Origin: a virus
Lineage: Duplodnaviria; Caudoviricetes
Reading direction: 5' to 3' (one strand)
IMG/VR virus record: IMGVR_UViG_3300044723_001636
Coordinates: 1 to 24,387 of that record
Length of the DNA: 24,387 bases
In this document: piece after piece, positions 1 to 8,185 of the stretch
How the letters are laid out: each line of letters opens with the position of its first letter
Position numbering within the stretch: the first letter of the stretch is position 1
Notes under the pieces: generated by a model
The model's database searches: none
Told to the model about the DNA's origin: nothing
What the model saw: the letters and a program-made list of their open reading frames with translations, nothing else
Position numbers and translations under genes: made by a program

Positions 1-2
1 AA

Positions 3-461
3 ATACTAAACGATACAGGTGCAAAAGCAAAGATTATAAAAAAGTATGTACCCATAATGAATAATCTTATCAATCAGTATTTACAATCTATGGATTTCTT
101 TGTATCATTTAATTTAGACGAAGAGTTTAATGAAACAGTAAAAAGTAGATTTAGAGATAACTTTAACTACAATAGTTTTAGTGAAGGTGAAAAGATGAGA
201 ATAGACTTGGCATTGTTGTTTACCTGGAGAGCAATTGCTAAAATGAAAAACTCTACTAATACTAATCTGTTAATATTAGATGAAATATTTGATAGCAGTT
301 TAGACGGACAAGGTACAGATGATTTCTTTAAGATAATAGGAACATTAAAGAACGAAAACATATTTGTAATATCGCATAAGGGTGATATATTATTTGATAA
401 GTTTACAAATATAATTAAGTATGAAAAATATAAAAACTTTACAAGACTGGAGGCAGTATGA
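3..461 (+). CDS. 46: T4 gp46-like recombination endonuclease ATPase subunit (SbcC/Rad50 family), 5'-truncated by the window edge
   Basis: Frame is open from base 3 (ILNDTGAKAKIIKKYVPIM...). ABC signature FSEGEKMRIDLALLF, Walker B LLILDEIFDSSLD and H-loop VISHK. Confidence 0.95.
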   Translation: MLNDTGAKAKIIKKYVPIMNNLINQYLQSMDFFVSFNLDEEFNETVKSRFRDNFNYNSFSEGEKMRIDLALLFTWRAIAKMKNSTNTNLLILDEIFDSSLDGQGTDDFFKIIGTLKNENIFVISHKGDILFDKFTNIIKYEKYKNFTRLEAV

Positions 462-1009
462 AATTAGTATCACCAGACGATCCAATATTAAAACAACCAT
501 TACCAACTTTTGATGATTCGCAACTAGAAGACTATGGTTATAAAGACAGACAAAAACTATCTGACGATATGTTTGAATTTATATCAAAGAATGGTGGTAT
601 AGGTCTTACTGCTAATCAAATAGGTATGAGATTAAATATGATGGTGATAGGTGGACACCCTAGTATAGAAAATGGTATGAAACTAACGTGTTTTAATCCT
701 GTTATAATAAGCACAAGTGCTGAACAAGTAACTATGAAAGAGGGTTGTTTATCATATCCATTCTTATTTTTTAATATAAAAAGACCTAGAAAAGTGGTGG
801 TTAAATACAGAGATGTAGATGATAAACTACAAGAAGGTCACCTTGACGGATATATGAGTAGAATATTTCAACACGAGTATGATCACACAGAGGGTAGAAC
901 TATGCTTGACAATGTTTCAAAATTCAGATATAATCTAGCAATGAAAAAAGCAGAAAAATTAATGAAGAAACATATGAGAGAAATGAAAAATGCCGAGAAA
1001 GACAACTAA
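458..1009 (+). CDS. def: Peptide deformylase
   Basis: All three PDF motifs present: GIGLTANQIG, EGCLS, QHEYDH. ATGA overlap with the gp46 stop. Confidence 0.95.
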   Translation: MKLVSPDDPILKQPLPTFDDSQLEDYGYKDRQKLSDDMFEFISKNGGIGLTANQIGMRLNMMVIGGHPSIENGMKLTCFNPVIISTSAEQVTMKEGCLSYPFLFFNIKRPRKVVVKYRDVDDKLQEGHLDGYMSRIFQHEYDHTEGRTMLDNVSKFRYNLAMKKAEKLMKKHMREMKNAEKDN

Positions 1010-1232
1010 AACTTATGTTCACGTCAATCAACACGTTATACGAAGTAATAAAAAACATAACAAAAACGAACCAGTTATCACAGTTAAGAAAGGTTCTAAA
1101 AACACTTACTGTCACGAAGTCAAAATACTCGGTCCTAGTACCGTGGTTTATGGCGGTAATGATAAACCTCTTCTTTCTTGTGGTGCTAGAGTTGTCATTT
1201 CGACTGAATCAGATGTAGAGATTGTCAAATGA
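990..1232 (+). CDS. Small conserved phage hypothetical protein
   Basis: 80 aa basic ORF (YVHVNQHVIRSN...PVITVK...LSCGARVVI) overlapping both neighbours. Resembles small proteins common in marine T4-like phages (from memory). Confidence 0.75.
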   Translation: MPRKTTKTYVHVNQHVIRSNKKHNKNEPVITVKKGSKNTYCHEVKILGPSTVVYGGNDKPLLSCGARVVISTESDVEIVK

Positions 1233-2368
1233 CATACAAACCATATAAACTACAAGATGTAATAGATGCATCTAATAAAGAACTATTTACAGTCATATCT
1301 ACATTTGCAGGTGGTGGTGGTTCATCAACAGGTTATAGATTAGCAGGTGCTAAAATACTTGCAATCAATGAGTTTGTTGATTCAGCAGTAGACACATATA
1401 AAGCAAACTATCCACAGACACCTGTATTACCTGGCGACATAAAAGAATTGACAGGTGAAGATTTATTAAAAACTGCAGGTGTTCAAAAAGGTGAACTAGA
1501 TATTTTAGATGGTAGTCCACCTTGTTCTGCATTTAGTATATCAGGTAAAAGAGAAAAGGGTTGGAACTCAACAAAGAAATATTCTGATGACAAACAAGTA
1601 GAAAATATAGAAGATTTATTTTTTGAGTACATTAGAATAGCAAATGATATACAAGCAAAGGTTGTTATAGGTGAAAACGTAGCAGGTATTATGGTTGGTG
1701 ATGCTAAAAAATATTTCAATAGAATCATAAATGCTTTTGATAAAATAGGTTATGAGGCGGTTGGTAAAGTGATGAACGCCGCTGACTTTGGAACACCACA
1801 AGCAAGACAAAGATGTTTTTTTGTAGCAGTAAGAAAAGATGTGATGGATACATTAGGGTTAAACTTTATGACAATGGAGGGTGAATTATATCCTAAACCA
1901 AATAGCACTCAACCTACGTTAAAAGATGCTATTGATGATTTAGAGAATGATAAAGAAGAAGAACAGATGTTACTTGATTTTGTTCAAGGTTCTTTTCAAA
2001 AGAAGTGGATTGAATTGTTACCATTTAATCCAGATAAACATAGAAAACCAAGTGATCCAGAATTTATAGACATAAATCCTAAAAGATCAATGTTTAATAT
2101 GATTAGACCAGCACCAAACTTACCTTGTCCGACAGTTACACAAGCAGGTCAAAAGAAAGGTTTGTCTGGTGTGTTTCACTATAATAGTAATCGTAAATTA
2201 ACGATAAAAGAATTAAAAAGAGTTATGGGTTTACCAGATGATTTTAAACTTGAAGGTGACTTTGATCAACAAGCAGAAAGAGTTGGTAGAATGGTAGCAC
2301 CTCTAATGATGAAAGAGTTATCTGGTACCATATATAAAAATATAATTAAACCATTTAATGATAGATAA
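1229..2368 (+). CDS. C5-cytosine DNA methyltransferase-family protein; candidate DNA carboxymethyltransferase
   Basis: Motif I FAGGGG, motif IV GSPPC, motif VI ENV, motif VIII QARQR, motif IX RKLTIKELKRVMGLPDDF. Motif X reads GRMV rather than the usual GN(S/A)V. Confidence 0.93.
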   Translation: MTYKPYKLQDVIDASNKELFTVISTFAGGGGSSTGYRLAGAKILAINEFVDSAVDTYKANYPQTPVLPGDIKELTGEDLLKTAGVQKGELDILDGSPPCSAFSISGKREKGWNSTKKYSDDKQVENIEDLFFEYIRIANDIQAKVVIGENVAGIMVGDAKKYFNRIINAFDKIGYEAVGKVMNAADFGTPQARQRCFFVAVRKDVMDTLGLNFMTMEGELYPKPNSTQPTLKDAIDDLENDKEEEQMLLDFVQGSFQKKWIELLPFNPDKHRKPSDPEFIDINPKRSMFNMIRPAPNLPCPTVTQAGQKKGLSGVFHYNSNRKLTIKELKRVMGLPDDFKLEGDFDQQAERVGRMVAPLMMKELSGTIYKNIIKPFNDR

Positions 2369-3188
2369 ATTACTTCAAGATATAGTTGAAAAAGAATGCA
2401 AAGATAATGATGTAGCAGTTTTATTATCTGGTGGTGTCGATAGTAATAGTGTTTTATTTACTGCTAATCGTCTAGGTAAAATAGTGCATTGTTATTCTTT
2501 TCATTTAGACACAGGTTCATCATATGATTCTATAAAAGCACAAGAAGTATGTAATAAGTTTAATTTTGATTTAACACTAATAGAAGTGCCAACAAATAAT
2601 TTAGAAAATGATTTTATAACACTTGCTGAAAAGTATAAGTGTCAAAAGAAAACACATTTTGAATGCACGTTTCCATTTATGTATGTGTTTCCAAAAATAA
2701 AAGAAAAGTATGTGCTATCTGGTTGGGCGGCAGATGGTCATTTTGGTTTAAGTAAAAAAGCAAGTTTGCATTACAAACACCCCAAAGAAAAGTTTGATAA
2801 GTTTAGAAGAGATTATTTTTCTGTAGAAAATCCAGTAGGGGTTAGACAAATAGAAATGTTATGCAAAGAACACAATAAAGTATTATCAGTTCCATATCTA
2901 GATAAAAAAGTTTTTGATTATTTCATACAGTTTGACTGGGACACACTCAATAAACCCAAAGAAAAATACGAAGTTAGAAAATGCTTTCCAGAGTTTAATG
3001 AGATAAATCTTAAAAATCATTTAAATTTACAATTAATTTCTAGGGTTGACAAAATATTTGAAACCTTGTTAACTAGTGAAAAGATTAATATTGGAAAGAG
3101 AAAAAGAGTTATGGATATTTGTAAAGACTGGTATAATGTAAATAAAAACTTAAATAATCCAACTATACTTGAGGACAAGTTATTATGA
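2358..3188 (+). CDS. Asparagine-synthetase C-terminal-domain-like ATP pyrophosphatase (PP-loop); candidate amide ligase
   Basis: PP-loop LLSGGVDS, SGWAADGHFG (cf. SGEGADELFG), VPYLDKKV (cf. VPFLD), EKYEVRKCF (cf. EKxxLRxAF). No N-terminal glutaminase domain. Confidence 0.85.
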   Translation: MIDKLLQDIVEKECKDNDVAVLLSGGVDSNSVLFTANRLGKIVHCYSFHLDTGSSYDSIKAQEVCNKFNFDLTLIEVPTNNLENDFITLAEKYKCQKKTHFECTFPFMYVFPKIKEKYVLSGWAADGHFGLSKKASLHYKHPKEKFDKFRRDYFSVENPVGVRQIEMLCKEHNKVLSVPYLDKKVFDYFIQFDWDTLNKPKEKYEVRKCFPEFNEINLKNHLNLQLISRVDKIFETLLTSEKINIGKRKRVMDICKDWYNVNKNLNNPTILEDKLL

Positions 3189-3856
3189 AATTTACATTTG
3201 CACAATCAGAAGAAGGATTTGATAATCACATAGATAAGTCTATTAGAGGTTATGCTGACTTATGGGGTGATGTTGTCAACATTGGTAAATACTTTATAGA
3301 AGATGATACTAACGTTGTAGATATAGGTTGTTCTACAGGTAAACTTCAAAAGTCTATGATAAAATTGTATGAAGAACATATACCCAATGCTAAATACGTT
3401 GGTGTAGAAATAGAAGAAGACTTTTATAAAGATTATCCTGTTGATGAATTGAAATACTCTAATCTAAAGTATTTTAGAGATGATGTAAGAAACTTTAAAT
3501 TTACAAACTGTAGTTATGTAACATCTTTATTTACATTACAATTTATGTCACCAAAGTCTAGAAAAGAAGTAATACAAAGTATATACAATGGTTTAAATAC
3601 AGGTGGTGCATTTGTATTTTCTGAAAAAGTATTTGCACAAAACCCTAGAGTACAAGATATGATGACATTTATGTATTATGATCATAAAAGAAAAAACTTT
3701 ACAGAAAAAGAAATATTAGATAAAGAAGTCCAGTTAAGACATATGATGAAACCAAACACAAAAAATGAATTGATAAAAATGTGTACTGATGCTGGATTTG
3801 AAACACAAACATTTTGGCAAAATTATAACTTTATAGGAGTGATAGCACTTAAATGA
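3185..3856 (+). CDS. cmoA: CmoA-like carboxy-S-adenosylmethionine synthase / class I SAM-binding protein
   Basis: N-terminal FTF...FDNHIDKSIRGY (cf. CmoA FTF...FPDMIQRSVPGY), DIGCSTG, FTLQF, IYNGLNTGGAFVFSEK, C-terminal WQNYNF. Confidence 0.85.
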   Translation: MKFTFAQSEEGFDNHIDKSIRGYADLWGDVVNIGKYFIEDDTNVVDIGCSTGKLQKSMIKLYEEHIPNAKYVGVEIEEDFYKDYPVDELKYSNLKYFRDDVRNFKFTNCSYVTSLFTLQFMSPKSRKEVIQSIYNGLNTGGAFVFSEKVFAQNPRVQDMMTFMYYDHKRKNFTEKEILDKEVQLRHMMKPNTKNELIKMCTDAGFETQTFWQNYNFIGVIALK

Positions 3857-4680
3857 AACAATTCTTTATACCAAATACTGTTACAGAATTTAGCAATGAA
3901 AATCCATTTGTATTGATAGCAGGTCCTTGTCAAGTTGAAAGTAAAGAACACGCAATACAAATATGTGGTTCATTATTAGAAATATCAATGTTATACAATA
4001 TACCTTTAGTATATAAATCATCTTTTGATAAAGCAAATAGAACAAGTATCAATTCACAAAGAGGATTAGGTTTAGAAAAGTCTTTACAAGTATTTGAAGA
4101 AATACAAAAACAATTTAATGTACCTGTTGTTACAGACGTTCACGAACCAGGTCAATGTAAAGAAGTAGCATCAGTGGTTAATATGTTACAGATACCAGCA
4201 TTTTTATGTAGACAAACTGATTTACTTGTAGCATCAGCAGAAACACAAAAAACTGTAATGATTAAAAAAGGTCAGTTTATGGCACCTTGGGATATGAAAA
4301 ATGTCATAGAAAAAATAAGTCATATAAATGATAAGATAGTGTTATGTGAAAGAGGTACAAGTTTTGGTTATAATAGATTAGTTGCTGATATGACTTCTCT
4401 ACCGATAATGAAAGAAACAGGTTATCCTGTTGTGTTTGATGCAACACATTCAGTACAACAACCAGGTGGTATGGGTGCAACATCTGGAGGTAATCGTGAG
4501 TTTGTACCTGTGTTGGCGAGATGTGCTATGACAATAGGTATAGCAGGTATATTTATGGAAGTGCATCAAGATCCAGACAATGCACCAAGTGATGGACCTA
4601 ATATGTTAAAGTTAGAAGATTTACAAGATTTACTAAAACAGTTATACGACATAGACGAAAGCACGAAAGGTGGGTTTTAA
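3853..4680 (+). CDS. kdsA: KDO-8-phosphate synthase (2-dehydro-3-deoxyphosphooctonate aldolase)
   Basis: IAGPC, KSSFDKANRTS, QIPAFLCRQTD, KKGQF, ERG, FDATHSVQ, EVHQDPDNAPSDG. KANRTS distinguishes it from DAHP synthase (KPRT/S). Confidence 0.95.
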   Translation: MKQFFIPNTVTEFSNENPFVLIAGPCQVESKEHAIQICGSLLEISMLYNIPLVYKSSFDKANRTSINSQRGLGLEKSLQVFEEIQKQFNVPVVTDVHEPGQCKEVASVVNMLQIPAFLCRQTDLLVASAETQKTVMIKKGQFMAPWDMKNVIEKISHINDKIVLCERGTSFGYNRLVADMTSLPIMKETGYPVVFDATHSVQQPGGMGATSGGNREFVPVLARCAMTIGIAGIFMEVHQDPDNAPSDGPNMLKLEDLQDLLKQLYDIDESTKGGF

Positions 4681-5822
4681 TGGATAAAGAGGTCAAAAGA
4701 ATATATGATGCAGAAATAAATAGACAATCACAAACCATAGAGTTAATAGCATCTGAAAACTTTGCAAGTCAGGCAGTAAAGAAATTATGTGGTTCAGAGT
4801 TTACAAATAAGTATGCTGAAGGTTATCCAGGTAAGAGATACTACAATGGTTGTGAGTATATGGATCAAATAGAACAACTTGCAATAGATGAATTAAAAAA
4901 GTTATATAACTGTGAATATGCTAACGTGCAACCTCATTGTGGTGCAAATGCAAATACTGCCGTCTATCAAGCATTTTTGAAACCAGGTGATACAATACTT
5001 GGTATGGATTTAGCATCAGGTGGTCATTTAAGTCACGGTTCTAAACCTAATATATCAGGTAAAATATATGATGCACATTATTATGGTGTCGATAAAGATG
5101 GTTGGTTAGATTACAATGCAATTAAAGAACAAGCAAAGAAACTAAAACCAAAGATGATAGTTGCAGGTGCTAGTGCATACTCTAGACAAATACATTGGTA
5201 TATCTTCAGAGAGATAGCAGATGAGGTAGGTGCATATCTATTATGTGATATGGCACATTACTCTGGACTAATAGCAGGTGGTAGTTATGATAATCCAGTT
5301 CCTCACGCAGACGCAGTTACATCAACTACACATAAAACATTGAGAGGTCCAAGAGGTGGTATAATCTTATGGGATAATGATGAACATACTAAAAAGATAA
5401 ATTCTGCTATCTTTCCTGGTACACAAGGTGGTCCTTTGATGAATATGATCGCCTCAAAAGCACAAGCATTTAAAGAGGCGAATACAACAGAATTTAGACA
5501 ATACATTCAAAATGTAATCAATAATGCAAAAGCAATGGCAGAAGTATTCATAGAGAATGATTTTAATGTATTGACAGGTGGTACTGATAGTCATATGATG
5601 CTGATAGATTTAAGTGATAAAAAGTATTCTGGTAGAGAATCAGCAGATAAACTAGAAGAAATGGGTATTACAGTCAATAAGAATGGTATACCTAATGATC
5701 CTAGAAGTTTTGTAGAAACATCAGGTATTCGTATAGGAACTGCCGCCGAAACAACAAGAGGTAGACCAGCAAGTTGGTTTCGTGATGTTGCTAAAAGAAT
5801 AATAAACATCATTACACTGTGA
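4680..5822 (+). CDS. glyA: Serine hydroxymethyltransferase
   Basis: LIASENF, NKYAEGYPGKRYYNGC, GGHLSHG, DMAH, PLP-lysine motif TTTHKTLRGPRGG, FPGTQGGP, SGIRIGT. Compact at 380 aa. Confidence 0.97.
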   Translation: MDKEVKRIYDAEINRQSQTIELIASENFASQAVKKLCGSEFTNKYAEGYPGKRYYNGCEYMDQIEQLAIDELKKLYNCEYANVQPHCGANANTAVYQAFLKPGDTILGMDLASGGHLSHGSKPNISGKIYDAHYYGVDKDGWLDYNAIKEQAKKLKPKMIVAGASAYSRQIHWYIFREIADEVGAYLLCDMAHYSGLIAGGSYDNPVPHADAVTSTTHKTLRGPRGGIILWDNDEHTKKINSAIFPGTQGGPLMNMIASKAQAFKEANTTEFRQYIQNVINNAKAMAEVFIENDFNVLTGGTDSHMMLIDLSDKKYSGRESADKLEEMGITVNKNGIPNDPRSFVETSGIRIGTAAETTRGRPASWFRDVAKRIINIITL

Positions 5823-5860
5823 CATAATTACAACACTTTCAAATAAAATTGGTAAGGGGG

Positions 5861-5888
5861 TTGAAATATCGCCTTTGAATCACCATAT
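5861..5888 (+). promoter_or_regulatory. Candidate sigma32 (RpoH)-type promoter
   Basis: TTGAAA (5861-5866), 14-nt spacer, CACCATAT (5881-5888), matching the TTGAAA-N13/14-CCCCATNT consensus; intergenic. Confidence 0.5.
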
Positions 5889-5939
5889 TAATAGTATGAC
5901 TTGATAAAATTAAATTAATAAAAAAACAAAACTTTTTTG

Positions 5940-5968
5940 TTGACTTTTCGATAAAACCTTGCTATTAT
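5940..5968 (+). promoter_or_regulatory. Sigma70-type (early) promoter
   Basis: TTGACT-17 nt-TATTAT with an A/T-rich UP-like tract upstream; SD-like GAAAGGA before ATG 6015. Confidence 0.7.
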
Positions 5969-6014
5969 ACTAGTATAAGTGATTCGTTAACAAAAAAAGA
6001 AAGGACAATACACT

Positions 6015-6377
6015 ATGTTAAATTATGAAATGAACTACTTTTCAAATGTGAAGTTTTACTATGATACGAATAGCATCAGTTCAAAGTATCTCGAAAATCT
6101 TTATAAGATTTCTTATAACTTCGTTGATTATAAGATTCGTACCTCGAGTATGCGTGTTTTTGAAAAGAATTTTAAGATGCAAATGCAAAAGTTAATCAAT
6201 ACTTATTTTGATAAGTCTATTCAATCTCAAAACTACATTGTTAAGATTAAGCAAGTAAAGATTGAAAATAATGATGAACAGACGATTTACATTGATAAGA
6301 CTGTAGATTCTGATGAACTTCTTGTAAATTTACTAAAGAATTCTAGTAACATTGTAAGCATTTTACCAAAGTTTTAG
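6015..6377 (+). CDS. Hypothetical protein (probably early-expressed)
   Basis: 120 aa ORF with its own promoter and SD; no recognisable motif. Confidence 0.7.
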   Translation: MLNYEMNYFSNVKFYYDTNSISSKYLENLYKISYNFVDYKIRTSSMRVFEKNFKMQMQKLINTYFDKSIQSQNYIVKIKQVKIENNDEQTIYIDKTVDSDELLVNLLKNSSNIVSILPKF

Positions 6378-6384
6378 ATACTAT

Positions 6385-6428
6385 TGTTAGTGTCTTGACA
6401 AAAAAAGTCTTGACACTAACACATTTTT
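6385..6428 (+). terminator. Hairpin (possible intrinsic terminator) overlapping a promoter
   Basis: TGTTAGTGTC (6385-6394) pairs with GACACTAACA (6412-6421), inner GAC/GTC pair, A7 loop, followed by a T-tract. Confidence 0.55.
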
Positions 6429-6438
6429 CTGATAACAT
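6410..6438 (+). promoter_or_regulatory. Sigma70-type promoter
   Basis: TTGACA (6410-6415)-17 nt-TAACAT (6433-6438) with an extended -10 TG. Confidence 0.6.
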
Positions 6439-6468
6439 TACATTTTAACTAATTTGAAAGGGACAATT

Positions 6469-7599
6469 ATGTCAAAACTATATGATGAAAACGTATTCTC
6501 CTACTACCAAGAGAGTAATAGCAAAAATCTGATAACAGTAGACAAAGAAACATTATTGAATTTATTAATGATTAAAGATGCTTATATTAATCTAGAGAAA
6601 AACTATAATGTAAAAGTAACTAAAGATTTACTTGATGTTAATGATATTGCAATAGTAGAAAGCAATAATATTGCTCAAGCATACGGAAATGACCAATCTA
6701 TTATAAATGAGTATATGAATTTGTTTGCTACACGAACTTATAATCCTTTTTATGCATTTCCTCCTGTTGTAGTTTCAACAAAACATATGAAAAATATATT
6801 AGTGTTGTATGCTACTTTAGGTGGATTTAAGAGAATTAAAGCACTAAAAAGAGCAGTTGAAAAAGGATTGTGTGAAAATAAAATGATACCTGTAATTAAA
6901 GTTGATATCGAAGAAACAGATGAAAGAGTGATAAGAGAAATAGAACTAAAAATTAACAGTGTTGAAAATGCTGAAGATTCAGTTAAGAAGATTGAAAAAA
7001 CAACTAGAGATATAGATTCTATTGCTAACTCTGTAAATGCATATATAAGAGAAGTAAAACTTTTAAATCCTAAAGATGATAATATTCCAGAGAGTGTTTA
7101 TAGAGATTGTTTGTCTATCTTTGAGTATGATCTACAAAAAAGTAAATATAGTTTACCAGACATAATAACTAGATGTAGAAGAAATGTTGGGTGTAAAGTT
7201 CCAGTTTTAAAAAGCACTTCAGAGATGACTGATTTGGCAAGAAATTCATCAAATGTTGAAGATTATTGTAGAGAAAATGGTTTTAAAAAACCTCTTATAG
7301 TTGCTTACAATAAGAAAAATGGTGCAATTTCCAATAAAGATTTACCATTGAAGTATTTGAACTCAAAACTAAAAGCAGAAAAAGAAAACTATGATGCAAT
7401 TTTTTGTATCGTTCAACATACAGGTGTGACATCAAAAGTTGCAAATGAACACAAGAAAAAGTATCTTAATTATGAAAATAGTCAAGAAAGCACTAGTAAC
7501 AACTTTAAACAAGTTGCTAACAGTAATGTGCCTGTAATTATGGGTGTTTGTTTAGATGATGAAATTACTTTGCAAAGTGAGAATTACAATGCAGAATAG
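6469..7599 (+). CDS. Hypothetical protein with a degenerate ParB/Srx-like domain
   Basis: ATG 6469 follows SD GAAAGGGA (ORF track starts at TTG 6454). PPVVV...YATLGGFKRIKAL...IPVIKV...IELKINSVEN resembles the ParB N-terminal pattern PIxV...Y.IxxGxRRxxA...IPVIV...LIEN. Confidence 0.55.
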   Translation: MSKLYDENVFSYYQESNSKNLITVDKETLLNLLMIKDAYINLEKNYNVKVTKDLLDVNDIAIVESNNIAQAYGNDQSIINEYMNLFATRTYNPFYAFPPVVVSTKHMKNILVLYATLGGFKRIKALKRAVEKGLCENKMIPVIKVDIEETDERVIREIELKINSVENAEDSVKKIEKTTRDIDSIANSVNAYIREVKLLNPKDDNIPESVYRDCLSIFEYDLQKSKYSLPDIITRCRRNVGCKVPVLKSTSEMTDLARNSSNVEDYCRENGFKKPLIVAYNKKNGAISNKDLPLKYLNSKLKAEKENYDAIFCIVQHTGVTSKVANEHKKKYLNYENSQESTSNNFKQVANSNVPVIMGVCLDDEITLQSENYNAE

Positions 7600-8185
7600 T
7601 TTAAATTATTTCAATGCAACAAACCCCAAAGTTATAGGATTGTTAATAGATCAAGATAAATCAATAAGAAATAATGTTTTAAAACTTAAATCGGTAAGAA
7701 AGACAATGATCTGGAATAAACCATATCGTGATAAGTGTGTGCAGACAGATGATGTACACGGATTAAGAACAATTTATCACGATATATTCTTTGGTAAAAT
7801 TAGTGAATGTAAAATATATACAGGTGTTCAAAGTGTTGCAGATTTAGAAAGTAATAATACAAAATCTACTGGAGAACATATTTTTCCTTCGTTTGGGATG
7901 GCACCATATTTTTATGATAATGTAAATAATTGGTCTGAAGAGAAGTTTTTAAAAAATGCATTACCATTATGTCTTGTTAGTAAAACAACAAGTCAACAAA
8001 ACACAGATTTATCAAATCAAAAAAATGTTTTGATACTAGATAAGTATGAAGTCGCAAATATAGAATGTTATTTTTGTGATGAATACTCTTCTCAAATTGG
8101 TTTACCTAAATGTATAAAGGATTTATTACCAATAGAGTTAATTGAATATGATAGAAAAAATATCAAAAAAGGGGTTGACATTTGA
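7589..8185 (+). CDS. Hypothetical protein with a possible HNH-like motif
   Basis: Likely start ATG 7589 overlapping the upstream stop. GEHIFP...LCLV...QQN...SN resembles the EHxxP...L.L....N...SN pattern of DUF1524-type His-Me finger nucleases. Confidence 0.45.
   Translation: MQNSLNYFNATNPKVIGLLIDQDKSIRNNVLKLKSVRKTMIWNKPYRDKCVQTDDVHGLRTIYHDIFFGKISECKIYTGVQSVADLESNNTKSTGEHIFPSFGMAPYFYDNVNNWSEEKFLKNALPLCLVSKTTSQQNTDLSNQKNVLILDKYEVANIECYFCDEYSSQIGLPKCIKDLLPIELIEYDRKNIKKGVDI

Noticed and set aside
3185-3856. tRNA cmo5U modification role for the CmoA-like gene
   Set aside because: No cmoB or tRNA gene in the window, and the gene is coupled to a DNA methyltransferase with a carboxylate-accommodating change. 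Use by host CmoB cannot be excluded.
3853-4680. Reading kdsA as a DAHP synthase feeding prephenate to CmoA
   Set aside because: The active-site loop is KANRTS (KDO8P synthase), not KPRT/S; kept only as a testable side idea.
5818-5838. TGTGA-containing sequence at the glyA end as a CRP-like site
   Set aside because: The second half-site (TACAA) matches TCACA poorly.
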